From Candidatus Coatesbacteria bacterium (GTDB lineage Bacteria > JAFGND01), in NCBI GenBank assembly GCA_016927185.1, contig JAFGND010000099.1, positions 1 to 32,517 on the forward strand: a stretch of 32,517 bases of DNA, read 5' to 3'. Below the pieces are notes generated by a model, which was given only the letters and a program-made list of their open reading frames with translations, was not told where the DNA came from and did no database searches. Shown here piece by piece: positions 8,273 to 17,840 of the stretch (its first letter is position 1; every line of letters begins with the position of its first letter). Both the position numbers and the translations under genes were made by a program.

Positions 8273-10835
8273 TTTTTCCTTTCAAATTCTTCCTTTCCAC
8301 TAAATACAGGATTACAAGGGAAACTGTCACAATAATCAATGCAAGGAAGGAAATAATCTGGCTTATTTCTACTTGCGTGCTCTTATACAAGATATCAATC
8401 TTATGTTTTCCAGAAGGTATATCCAGTCCCCTGAGGAAAGCATCGGTTCTGTAGATTTTCGTTTCCTTTCCATCAATGTATGCTTTCCAGTAAGGATGCC
8501 ATATCTCACTCTGGATAAGGAATACGTCACTTCTTGTAAATATTTCCAGACTGAATTTACCTGGCGTTTCGTAACAGGATAATAGTTTAATGTCACTCAG
8601 ATTCTTCGATTTTTTCTCCTCCTGATAATCCTCAACAAATGATACATCAGAAGGATTGGTGGAAGCTTTTACAAGCTCATTTAATGCTTCTTCTCTTGTT
8701 GAAGGTTTTGCAATGTTTGTGCAGAAATAATGTTGAAAAGCATCAGTAAATTGGTAAATATAAATATACTCTCTCTGATTTGCATATACAAGCCTTAAGT
8801 TTTGTGGATTACCGATTATCATCTTGTTTGTTATGTTCATACGGTTGCTTTGCTGTTCTTCCCTGGACAAACCCCAGACTTCATTTAAGGGTTGCCTTGT
8901 TGTAAGGTATTTTACACCAAGAATTTTCCAGATATTAGGATTTATCTTTGGGGGAATTTTGCCGATTGCTACATCCCTTAAGAAACTAGGTTCAAGATCC
9001 ACCAATTCCTTGTACCATAGCAGTCTGAAATTCTGGCTTCCATTTATTGTTCTTATAGAATAAAGCATGAGATCGTTAGGACCGTAAATGCCTCTTAATG
9101 GCTGAGGTAATGGAAAAACCCTGTAAAATGAATTATCCATTGTCATGAATTTGATGCCAGAATCAGGTTTGTAATATTCGCTAATATTTACAACCTTTTC
9201 TGTATATCCAGTCTTCTGCTTATTGGGAGCTAACAGGAAATAATTATCAACCCTGAATAAATCAAAAACTGTCAGTAAGACAATTGAAGATAAACATAAA
9301 ATATACGTTCTGGGAGAAAGTGTTTCTCTAAGCAGCTTTTTGAAAACATGAAGAATGAGATAAAAAGAAGCAATGAGTATTATCCCGACATAGCGATAGC
9401 CATCAAGATAATTGGGATAATTCTGAATCATTCTTGCCTTGTTGGCTGATCCTAATTTGTCTCCATATAATGTGCTTTGCCATATTGACAACATAAAGTC
9501 TCTGCTTGTCTCGGAAAGCAGCCAGAACAGGACAAATATACCGAGAACTGTAATAACTGCATATTTGAAGGTTTTTTCGTTTTGTTGTTTCCTTTCTACA
9601 AAAAGCATGTCTAGTGTTTTTGTAGATAGAATTACGAAAGACATTGAGACTATGAACATCATCATTGAAGGTCCCCTGAATTTTCCTATCATTGGGACGA
9701 TATTGTAAATCAGCTTGTGAACTGGAGTGGAAGCACCCATGCAGAATAACAAGCCAACTGCAGCAAGTATTGACCAGAACCAGTTCTCTGAATCCCTTTT
9801 CAATATTATTGAAATCAAGGCAAGAAACAATACGACAATCCCTGCATATTCGGTATGAAGCCTGAACTGATTTGTTCCCCAGTAATTGAATACAAGTCCC
9901 GAGAAATCAGGTATAATCAATGATATTGCTTCCTGAGGAGGCATTGCCCAGCTTGAAGCAAAATCATAACCTGTTTCTCCCTCTGCCCTGTCTGAGAACT
10001 TCAGGAAGGTAGTTGTGGGAAGAAGCTGAGCCATACCTAAAGATGCAGCAATTATAACAGCCAGAATAAAAAGCATAATATAATTCGCAAAATCCTTTTT
10101 ATCCATTTCTTTTCTGATAATTCGACCAATCAGATTATGGAGAATAAATGCTGAAAGAGCGAGACATGAAAAATACATCATTTGAATATGAGGAGTAACA
10201 ATCTGCATTGCTATAGAAACTCCCATTCCTATGAAATATTTCAATTTCCTGTTGTCTAATGCTTTCTTTGCAAAGTAAAAAACGAGAGGAGTCCATACTA
10301 CCACATATGCTCTTCCATCATGTCCACCGAACAAGTATCCCAGAATTGTACCTGTAAGCGAGAAGGCGATCGCTCCAAAGATGGATGAGAATTTGCTTCT
10401 GCCCATAACTCTCAGGAAGAGGAACATGAAAAGAGCTGCAAGCGGAATATGAATTAACCATCTCCATCCAATTGCTCTGTGCATTGGCATGAAATAATAC
10501 AAGAGACTGAAAGGATAATAAACGTCATAGGGAAGAATTTCTATAAAGGGTAATCCGCTATATATATATGGATTCCATCTGGGAATTTCACCATTGTGCA
10601 GCAAACCATTTTTGGCAAATAATCTGCTTTGATAAGCTTGTGATTGTACATCAGTTCCATAAAGCATTGCATCTTTATCAAATATGAAACTCCTGAAGAA
10701 TACAAGCATCAAGATGAGCATGAATATTATTATTATAGCAGCAATTTTCCAGTCTTCAATACTAGAGAGAGGATCTGAAAAGTCCTTGATTTGGTTCAAA
10801 TTATCTTTAGACAGTATTTTTTTCTTTTTCACCAT
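8244..10835 (-). CDS. YfhO-like polytopic GT-C membrane protein
   Basis: IPRWNPYIYSGLPF, YYP, HIQMMY, KFRGP, C-terminal SEIWHPYWKAYIDG..IYRTD...RG..IPSGKH; many TM segments. Confidence 0.85.
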   Translation of the reverse strand: MVKKKKILSKDNLNQIKDFSDPLSSIEDWKIAAIIIIFMLILMLVFFRSFIFDKDAMLYGTDVQSQAYQSRLFAKNGLLHNGEIPRWNPYIYSGLPFIEILPYDVYYPFSLLYYFMPMHRAIGWRWLIHIPLAALFMFLFLRVMGRSKFSSIFGAIAFSLTGTILGYLFGGHDGRAYVVVWTPLVFYFAKKALDNRKLKYFIGMGVSIAMQIVTPHIQMMYFSCLALSAFILHNLIGRIIRKEMDKKDFANYIMLFILAVIIAASLGMAQLLPTTTFLKFSDRAEGETGYDFASSWAMPPQEAISLIIPDFSGLVFNYWGTNQFRLHTEYAGIVVLFLALISIILKRDSENWFWSILAAVGLLFCMGASTPVHKLIYNIVPMIGKFRGPSMMMFIVSMSFVILSTKTLDMLFVERKQQNEKTFKYAVITVLGIFVLFWLLSETSRDFMLSIWQSTLYGDKLGSANKARMIQNYPNYLDGYRYVGIILIASFYLILHVFKKLLRETLSPRTYILCLSSIVLLTVFDLFRVDNYFLLAPNKQKTGYTEKVVNISEYYKPDSGIKFMTMDNSFYRVFPLPQPLRGIYGPNDLMLYSIRTINGSQNFRLLWYKELVDLEPSFLRDVAIGKIPPKINPNIWKILGVKYLTTRQPLNEVWGLSREEQQSNRMNITNKMIIGNPQNLRLVYANQREYIYIYQFTDAFQHYFCTNIAKPSTREEALNELVKASTNPSDVSFVEDYQEEKKSKNLSDIKLLSCYETPGKFSLEIFTRSDVFLIQSEIWHPYWKAYIDGKETKIYRTDAFLRGLDIPSGKHKIDILYKSTQVEISQIISFLALIIVTVSLVILYLVERKNLKGKNDSYSSTNI

Positions 10836-10946
10836 AATTGAAAAATCCCGCTTCCAAACATTCAGGTTTTATGCAAGTAATTTTTTTCTTGACAAGAGAT
10901 AGAATATTTACCGTCTAATATAAGAAATGTTTTTCAGGAGGTTAAA

Positions 10947-11354
10947 ATGAAATTGCTGATAACCCTTTTCTTTCTGATTGTATTTGTATCCTCTATTTTT
11001 GCAAGATCGTATTCGGCTATTGAGGAGGACTCTCTTAATGTAAAATCCAAGAAAATTGTTAAACCTGTTAGCATATTAAATGCTAAACCGTATTCCCATC
11101 TCAAAGGAATAAAAATCAAACCTGTTCCATTTAACAGTCTGGCTAACAAGAAGATAGTCATTCATCCAGCATTTTTCAAGCCTATCAAGAAAGAAGACTT
11201 CATGAGAATAGCCAGATCATTTATAATAAGACCGAATGAGAGAGTAGTTATACATCCGGCAATCATAAATTATTATTATCAGCTATTAACAAATGAAAAA
11301 TCTTCCATGAGGAAGATACTTTATAATCCTTTGAAAAATCAGAATAAGAACTGA
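10947..11354 (+). CDS. Secreted basic hypothetical protein with short internal repeats
   Basis: SD AGGAGG, signal peptide MKLLITLFFLIVFVSSIFA, downstream hairpin. Confidence 0.75.
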   Translation: MKLLITLFFLIVFVSSIFARSYSAIEEDSLNVKSKKIVKPVSILNAKPYSHLKGIKIKPVPFNSLANKKIVIHPAFFKPIKKEDFMRIARSFIIRPNERVVIHPAIINYYYQLLTNEKSSMRKILYNPLKNQNKN

Positions 11355-11357
11355 AAT

Positions 11358-11379
11358 AGCGAGGTTTTCATACCTCGCT
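11358..11379. terminator. Probable bidirectional intrinsic terminator between convergent genes
   Basis: 8-bp stem AGCGAGGT / ACCTCGCT with a 6-nt loop, flanked by short A/T runs. Confidence 0.75.
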
Positions 11380-11383
11380 TTAT

Positions 11384-12025
11384 CTAAAAGAAGATCCTTA
11401 GAAATATCCTGTTAACGAGATTGAATAGCATATTTAAAAAACCGCTCCCAAACCATAAAAGAGCAATCAACAAAAAAGGAGCAAAACGCTCTATCCTGGA
11501 GAAATTATAAGCAAGATCAACTGGAAGCAAGCCCATAAGTATTTTTGAGCCGTCAAGAGGGGGTAATGGTATCAAATTGAATGTCATCAAGACAAGATTT
11601 ATCATATATCCTGCGAATAGAACAGAAGGAATAATACCTATATTTAGTCCCTGACTTTTCATTATAGCTACATAAATCAGATTGTTTCCAAGCAATTTGG
11701 CAAGCAAAATGCATGTCATGATAAGAAGTAGATTAGAGCCAGGTCCTGCCATTGCTATCCACATAGAATCTCTTCTTGGATTTCTTAAATTGGCAGGATT
11801 GAAAGGAACCGGTTTTGCCCATCCAAACACTGGCAGCCCCATCAGAAGCAATATACCTGGAAGAATAATCGTTCCAAAAATGTCAATATGAGGTATAGGA
11901 TTCAAGGTCAGTCTTCCTGCATTTTTAGCGGTATCATCACCTAGCCAGTAAGCCATATAGCCGTGTGATGCTTCATGCAGAACCACTGAGAACAGTATTA
12001 TTGGTATTGACAGAAATGTATACAT
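11384..12025 (-). CDS. Site-2 protease, peptidase M50 (YwhC-like)
   Basis: HEASH (HExxH), GRLTLNP, GWAKPVP, AGP, FNLIPLPPLDG. Confidence 0.95.
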   Translation of the reverse strand: MYTFLSIPIILFSVVLHEASHGYMAYWLGDDTAKNAGRLTLNPIPHIDIFGTIILPGILLLMGLPVFGWAKPVPFNPANLRNPRRDSMWIAMAGPGSNLLLIMTCILLAKLLGNNLIYVAIMKSQGLNIGIIPSVLFAGYMINLVLMTFNLIPLPPLDGSKILMGLLPVDLAYNFSRIERFAPFLLIALLWFGSGFLNMLFNLVNRIFLRIFF

Positions 12026-12382
12026 AAATTATATCTTTAAATTGCCATTATTTACCTGTTATTTTTGTCAAGGAAAGTATTTCAGGAAAACCTTTCTCAA
12101 TCAAGTTAAATATATAGAGAAAATTCAGGTTTGTCAAGTCCAGAAAAATGAAACTTCATTAACAGGTCCCAGCAAGTTGCAGTTAAGTTCAAGGAGGAGT
12201 TAGTAAATAAAGTCTGAAGGTAAACAAAGTAGATTATCATGCTTGTTATTTTGGGGCAGAATATGTATATCATAGATTTAGAGTTAACAGAAACCATCTT
12301 GCTGGCTTTAAGTAAATTCTTGACAAGATAGTGACATTTATAACCTCTTCCAGTTCATAGCTATTATAGAGAAGGGGCAGTA

Positions 12383-14545
12383 ATGAAATTCCTTTTAATA
12401 CTTGTTTTTCTGATTCCAGTATATCTTTTTTCAGAAGACTGGCAGGTATTCACTAGCACTAGCAATGTTGTTGGTCTTATGTATTCCAATAATAAGGTAT
12501 GGACAGGAAGCTCTGGAGGAGTACTTAGCATAGATCTAACAACAAATAAAAAAACAAAGATAACAAGTCTGGAAGGGCTTCTTGTAACCCGGGTAAATGC
12601 TTGCAATATTGATAAGAATGGTCTATTGTATTTCGGTTCAGAAGATAGCGGCTTATCTGTTTATGATCCCCAAAATAACATTTGGTATTATTTCACGACA
12701 TTTGAAGGATTACCTTCTAATGAGATATTATGCATAGGAACTGATGAGAATAATATTTGGGTTGGAACTGACAAGGGAGTAGCGCAATTCAAGGATAGTA
12801 AGCATATAAGGAATTTTGACGAGACAAATGGATTAAAGAACAGTACAATTTCATCAGTTTTTTATGATAGCAATTCAGGTAAGATATACTTCGGGACTTA
12901 CGGAGTAATAAGTTGTTATCAAGATGGAGAATGGTCACATTATGACTATTCAAACAGTAATTTGCCAGAGAAACCAATAGTCTCAATTGCAACATCTCAA
13001 GATTCATCTTTATGGGCTTTACCTGTATCAATGTATCCATATATATATAAATTTGATGGGGAAGGAAATACATGGCAGGAAAGCAGGGAAGGATTACCTG
13101 ATAGTTTAACTGTCTATTTTATAAAGAGAATAGATGATATACTTTACCTTGGAAGTGATAAAGGATTGTTCAAGTGGGAAAAACCAGAATGGATTGAAAT
13201 AGAGAAAGATCTGCCTGACAAGAAAATCAAGGATTTACTCTTTGTGAACGGAAAAATATGGGTTGGAACAGAAGATAAAGGTGTGTTTCAGAAGACTTCA
13301 ACTGGCTGGGTTTCGCAACAACCTTCAGAAATGAAAAACAATGTCATCACAAGTGTTTTTCTTGATAGCAGGAAGAGGATATGGGTGGCAGGTGGAATGA
13401 AGCCTGGAACAAGACAGACAGGTGATTGGGGAGTATCTATATTAATAGGAAATGAATGGAAGCATCTTAGCAAGGAAAGTGGTGAATTAATAGATAATTG
13501 CGTTATGGGTATAGATGAAGATGAAAATGGTTATATCTGGTTGCCTCTTTATTCAAGATATTTAAGTGTACTGGATCAGGATTTGAAAGCTGATGATTAC
13601 TGGAAGAACTTCAAATGGTCTGAAGATCCAGTCTGGAAAACCAAGGAATGGACATTGACTGGAGTTCAGCGAGGAACATCCAGGGAAATGTTTGTTTCTT
13701 CATATGGATGGAGAACGGAGAGAGGTGGCGTATTCAAATGGGACATGAACTCAAAAACATGGTCACAGCTTGGAGAAACCGATAATACGAAAATGACAGT
13801 ATATAAAAGAAGTCCTGAGAATCATCATTTTGCAAGTATATATAACTATTACTTCAGGGTTTTTGATGGAAATGAATGGAAAATCTATAATAATAATGAT
13901 GGAATCCCAAGCACTGATATTGCTGATTTCGCTTTTGAAGGGAATATTGCCTGGATAGCAACAGGAAGTGGATTATGCAAATTCATTAATGGTGATATAA
14001 CAGTCTATAATAAATCCAGTGTTGCTGAACTGGAAATAGATAATTTCTCTGCAGTGTGTGTTGACTGGAAAGGTAACAAGTGGATTGGTTCAAAATTTGG
14101 AGGAATTATTGAATATTCTTCAGATGGAAAATGGACAAACTTGCAGATAGGAAACGCAGCATCAAGTCCGTATGTTTATCAGATAATAGCTGATAAGGAA
14201 AATGAGAGAATGATATTTGCAACAGCTTGCGGATTATGGTTTTACACCCTTCCTCCAGACCTCCCGAGACAATTGACTCAGGTTGATTGTTATCCAAATC
14301 CTTTGTATTATAAAAGTTCAAACAAGAGTATCTTTTTTGACAAATTGAACCAGAATGCAAAATTATACATATGGACAATAAGCGGGAGAAAGGTTAATAC
14401 TGAAACAAGATTTGTGGAAACAGATCATAGAACTTATGCACTTGAATGGTTAGTTCCAGAAAGCATTTCTTCAGGTATATATATATATATCATTGAGCAA
14501 GAGAATACCAGAGTAAAGGGAAAACTTGCTATCATAAGAAAATAA
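12383..14545 (+). CDS. PorZ-like double beta-propeller protein with T9SS-type C-terminal domain
   Basis: Signal peptide; regulator-propeller repeats (GLPSNEI, IWVGTDKG, GNKWIG); CTD YPNP...ISGRKV...SGIYIY...KLAIIRK. Confidence 0.72.
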   Translation: MKFLLILVFLIPVYLFSEDWQVFTSTSNVVGLMYSNNKVWTGSSGGVLSIDLTTNKKTKITSLEGLLVTRVNACNIDKNGLLYFGSEDSGLSVYDPQNNIWYYFTTFEGLPSNEILCIGTDENNIWVGTDKGVAQFKDSKHIRNFDETNGLKNSTISSVFYDSNSGKIYFGTYGVISCYQDGEWSHYDYSNSNLPEKPIVSIATSQDSSLWALPVSMYPYIYKFDGEGNTWQESREGLPDSLTVYFIKRIDDILYLGSDKGLFKWEKPEWIEIEKDLPDKKIKDLLFVNGKIWVGTEDKGVFQKTSTGWVSQQPSEMKNNVITSVFLDSRKRIWVAGGMKPGTRQTGDWGVSILIGNEWKHLSKESGELIDNCVMGIDEDENGYIWLPLYSRYLSVLDQDLKADDYWKNFKWSEDPVWKTKEWTLTGVQRGTSREMFVSSYGWRTERGGVFKWDMNSKTWSQLGETDNTKMTVYKRSPENHHFASIYNYYFRVFDGNEWKIYNNNDGIPSTDIADFAFEGNIAWIATGSGLCKFINGDITVYNKSSVAELEIDNFSAVCVDWKGNKWIGSKFGGIIEYSSDGKWTNLQIGNAASSPYVYQIIADKENERMIFATACGLWFYTLPPDLPRQLTQVDCYPNPLYYKSSNKSIFFDKLNQNAKLYIWTISGRKVNTETRFVETDHRTYALEWLVPESISSGIYIYIIEQENTRVKGKLAIIRK

Positions 14546-14619
14546 AATTATCTGGGAAAAAAAAAGCAATGTCCGTTATTACAAGGTAAGGGAAATCGGC
14601 CCCAAAAAGGAGGCTGCAT

Positions 14620-16011
14620 ATGAAAAAGCTCGTTTTAATGGTCTTGTTAGTTTTTTTTATTGGTTCACTAGATGCATCAATTTTCGGTTTTCTCAAAAAG
14701 AAGGACAAGAATAAAAAAGAAGAGAAAAAAGTAGATGCAAAGAAAAAAACTGAAAAGAAGAAAACCAAAAAGGACAAGGAAGTAAAAAAGAATGAAAAAA
14801 CCAAAAAGCCTAAGATTATTGACAAGAAGAAGCAGGTTAAAGAAAAAGCAAAAAACAACCTGAAGAAGAAGAAAGAGGATGTAAAAAGAAATTACAAGAA
14901 CTTTTCAAAAACCTTAAACAAGAAAGTAAAAACAGACATAAAAAAAACAAAGATTGAAAGAGATGTTAAAAAAATAAATAAAAACAAACCTGATGATAAA
15001 ACAAAACAAATAAAGAAACCGGAAAAGAGAAATCTTGAAAAAGAAAAGAAAGCGAAAAGCGAATTAAATAAAAATAACAAGAAACCAACTGATAATAAGA
15101 AAGTCAACTTGAAAACAAACAAGCCTGACAAGAAGACATTGAAACCAAATCCAGGCAATAAAGGTAAACTTAATCTTGATACAAAGAAGAAACCAGATAA
15201 TAAGAACTTGAATCCAAAGCCAAACAAGAATCTTGATAATAAGAAAATAAAAGATTCTCCAAAAGTGGGTCCTAGGAAAGATGAGAATTATAAAGATTCA
15301 AGGAATACTCCTTCTTCAACCCCAATCAAGCCTCCTAGTTATGTTCTTCCTGCCAGTAATGTTATTCCTAACAAATCCCTGGGAAACATAATAAACAAAA
15401 CCCCAAATTCAAAAGCTACTGTAAACAAACCCAATTTGATATCAAATAACTGGGGTTTTGACATACTTTTAGGGGCTGGACAGATGATCAGCACTGAAGC
15501 AAGAAAACAGAATGATTTATACGGGATTGAAATGCCATTTGATTATTCAATAAATGCTGGAATTGCTCCTTATCAAATATTGATGGGAGATAATGTCAGA
15601 TTGAGAAGCCTGATCCACTGGGAAGGGCAGAATATTGGTGATTATTCATTAGGTCAGGTAATGATTGGAACTGGTCCTCAGTATATTTTTCCAAGAGTCC
15701 TGAAAATCCCCGTAGAATCATCAGTTGGAACAAGAGCTGGTATTGCAATTGGTTATTCAGTAATATGGAACGGCGGCAAGAAGGATATAGAGTTCCTCAA
15801 GGCATCTTTCAGTCCTTTTGTAGAACCTTATGTAATGCTGAAATCAAGGCTAATGAATGGATTATCAGTTGGAACAGAGTTCAGTTACATGAAACCGGTA
15901 AGCAGCAAAGAGTTCAGCATAGAAAGCAATGGTCATAAATACAATCTTAAGACTGGTGATTTAGGTGGAGTTAGAGCAAGATTTGTTATCTCGCTTAATC
16001 CCAGATTTTAA
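14620..16011 (+). CDS. Exported protein with Lys-rich low-complexity N-terminal region and C-terminal putative outer-membrane beta-barrel
   Basis: SD AGGAGG at 14608-14613; signal peptide; about 200 aa K/E/D/N-rich tract; alternating amphipathic strands; terminal Phe. Confidence 0.75.
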   Translation: MKKLVLMVLLVFFIGSLDASIFGFLKKKDKNKKEEKKVDAKKKTEKKKTKKDKEVKKNEKTKKPKIIDKKKQVKEKAKNNLKKKKEDVKRNYKNFSKTLNKKVKTDIKKTKIERDVKKINKNKPDDKTKQIKKPEKRNLEKEKKAKSELNKNNKKPTDNKKVNLKTNKPDKKTLKPNPGNKGKLNLDTKKKPDNKNLNPKPNKNLDNKKIKDSPKVGPRKDENYKDSRNTPSSTPIKPPSYVLPASNVIPNKSLGNIINKTPNSKATVNKPNLISNNWGFDILLGAGQMISTEARKQNDLYGIEMPFDYSINAGIAPYQILMGDNVRLRSLIHWEGQNIGDYSLGQVMIGTGPQYIFPRVLKIPVESSVGTRAGIAIGYSVIWNGGKKDIEFLKASFSPFVEPYVMLKSRLMNGLSVGTEFSYMKPVSSKEFSIESNGHKYNLKTGDLGGVRARFVISLNPRF

Positions 16012-16017
16012 TATTTA

Positions 16018-16039
16018 GGGGTAAGTATGAACTTACCCC
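16018..16039 (+). terminator. Probable intrinsic terminator
   Basis: Perfect 9-bp stem GGGGTAAGT / ACTTACCCC with ATGA loop, followed by AGCTTTCTTCTT, just after the stop at 16011. Confidence 0.7.
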
Positions 16040-16108
16040 AGCTTTCTTCTTGACTAAAATCAACCTGAATCAGCAGATTTTTTATTGCTAAAAGAGAAGG
16101 AGTTATAT

Positions 16109-17287
16109 ATGAGATTTTCTTACTTGTTATTTTTGGTTTTTTATGCCGGACTTTTATTTGGCAGATCTGCTGAATATCCTTTCCAGTTATTACCACAATA
16201 TGATGATCTTTCAACTTTTGATCCTCTTTACTATGATTATGAAACAAAATTCTTCAGAAGAGCTCGCAAGAGCATGACTGCAAATATTGGTTTCAATTAT
16301 TCCTGGACTTCTCAATGGTATGACAAAGAAGGTACAAAGATTGATTCCTCTTTTGTTTATGGTATGAACAGGGAAAGGGGAAGATTTGGAACTGCAGATT
16401 ACAGTTCATATAATTTTTATGCTGATTTGTCTTATTGCCCAACTTCGGCCTGGAAGATAGGCATAATTACTCCTGTTGTATACAAAACAATTGTTCCCCA
16501 GGATGCAAACAACTTATCAAGCTTCAGCATAGGTGATATCTGGCTTTATGGAAATGCATTGATGATGCCTGATCCTTCTGTTATTCTCAGGCTTGGAATA
16601 AAAGCACCAACAGGTACTTGGCAGGATTATTACAGACCAAGAGACTGGAATAATGAGCGAGAGATTGACCGAGATGCTAATCCACCAACAGGTGATGGAC
16701 AGTGGGATTTTGATCTGGGAGTTTTATCAAGCATACCAATTCAAAGACATAAAAGTGGAGTAGATCCGCTGGTTTTGGAAATAGCTGCAGGTCTCAGATT
16801 GAGAGCAAGAAAGACTTTTTCTGACTATGTCTGGTCTAATTCCTGGACAGACACTCTTGAAGCTTACAGTGGAGGGGATTCTATTGTCAATTACAAGGTG
16901 GAGGAAAGACTGAAAGACTTGAGACCTGGAAATGAATTCCATTTCAGTGTTGGACCTAAGGCACTATTAACCCCCAAAATATGGGGAGCCGTAAAACTGA
17001 CTGGTTTCTTTGGCTTCAATACAAGAATTAATGGAGAAAGAATGACTTATGAAAATGGAAGATTGGTAGAGGAAGAGAGTTTCAAGAATATTGATATGGA
17101 TGGAAGGAAAGTAATATACATTAATCCAAGCATAGATTTCGAGATGGGAGTGGGATTAAGTTTGAAAGCTAATTTCAAATATCCTCTCCTGTCAGGGGCA
17201 AATCATCCTGTTGATAACCAGATAATTGGAGTTGTCATGTCCAGGAAATTCGGTCCTGCACCATATCCAGTCAAGAAATGGAAATGA
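16109..17287 (+). CDS. Putative outer-membrane beta-barrel (COG4313 / 'MetA-pathway phenol degradation'-like channel)
   Basis: Start placed at ATG 16109 (AAGGAG upstream); signal peptide; IGDIWL, LGIKAPTG, PTGDGQWD, RPGNEF motifs. Confidence 0.65.
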   Translation: MRFSYLLFLVFYAGLLFGRSAEYPFQLLPQYDDLSTFDPLYYDYETKFFRRARKSMTANIGFNYSWTSQWYDKEGTKIDSSFVYGMNRERGRFGTADYSSYNFYADLSYCPTSAWKIGIITPVVYKTIVPQDANNLSSFSIGDIWLYGNALMMPDPSVILRLGIKAPTGTWQDYYRPRDWNNEREIDRDANPPTGDGQWDFDLGVLSSIPIQRHKSGVDPLVLEIAAGLRLRARKTFSDYVWSNSWTDTLEAYSGGDSIVNYKVEERLKDLRPGNEFHFSVGPKALLTPKIWGAVKLTGFFGFNTRINGERMTYENGRLVEEESFKNIDMDGRKVIYINPSIDFEMGVGLSLKANFKYPLLSGANHPVDNQIIGVVMSRKFGPAPYPVKKWK

Positions 17288-17838
17288 GAATATCAGTAAT
17301 TTTCATAATACTATTCATATTCTCTGCATGTCTCTCTGGAGGCAAGGGAGAAGTAGGAGGAGTATTGTGTATTGGTTTCATGGGTTTTCCAGATTCACCA
17401 GATGGCCTTGGACTGGGATTTGGACCAAGAGTTGAATATCCCATTGCTGGAAACTGGCTGAGAGCTGGTGCTGAAATACATTATTTCAGGCTAGCTCCGG
17501 GTTTCCTTATCGAATTCAGTGATCCTGCGAATTTCCATGATATTGCAGTACTTACTGATTTGAGTTTCGGTAAGGGAAAAAGCATGTGGACTTTTGGATT
17601 TGGATTTCACAATATGAAGAGAACTTATCCTGATGATGCACCAGATGAATACAAACAGAAGGAGACTTCATGGAGCAAGTTTGGTTTTCATCTGGGACAG
17701 AGCAACAGGTTCTATGTTGCTAATAAAATTACGGGAGTTCAGGATACCAGGATTGTGCTTGTATCTCTGGGAGAAGAAGAGCAGTCTTTTTATTTCAATG
17801 CTCAAATCTCCTTCGGAGTTCTCTTCAATGCATTTTGA
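17284..17838 (+). CDS. Small outer-membrane beta-barrel-like protein (possible lipobox FSAC)
   Basis: ATGA overlap with previous gene; signal peptide; Gly/aromatic-rich amphipathic strands; terminal Phe. Confidence 0.65.
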   Translation: MRISVIFIILFIFSACLSGGKGEVGGVLCIGFMGFPDSPDGLGLGFGPRVEYPIAGNWLRAGAEIHYFRLAPGFLIEFSDPANFHDIAVLTDLSFGKGKSMWTFGFGFHNMKRTYPDDAPDEYKQKETSWSKFGFHLGQSNRFYVANKITGVQDTRIVLVSLGEEEQSFYFNAQISFGVLFNAF

Positions 17839-17840
17839 TT

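Noticed and set aside
12106-12331. Small ORFs in the large intergenic gap (63 aa minus at 12106..12297; 30 aa plus at 12239..12331)
   Set aside because: No properly spaced SD, no motif, and they overlap promoter boxes
14546-14619. Possible riboswitch in the leader (GGGAAATCGGCCCC)
   Set aside because: Only a very short stem and no recognisable aptamer consensus
14532-15227. Phe/Leu-rich minus-strand ORFs that look like membrane proteins
   Set aside because: Antisense shadows of the Lys-rich (AAA/AAG) coding tract
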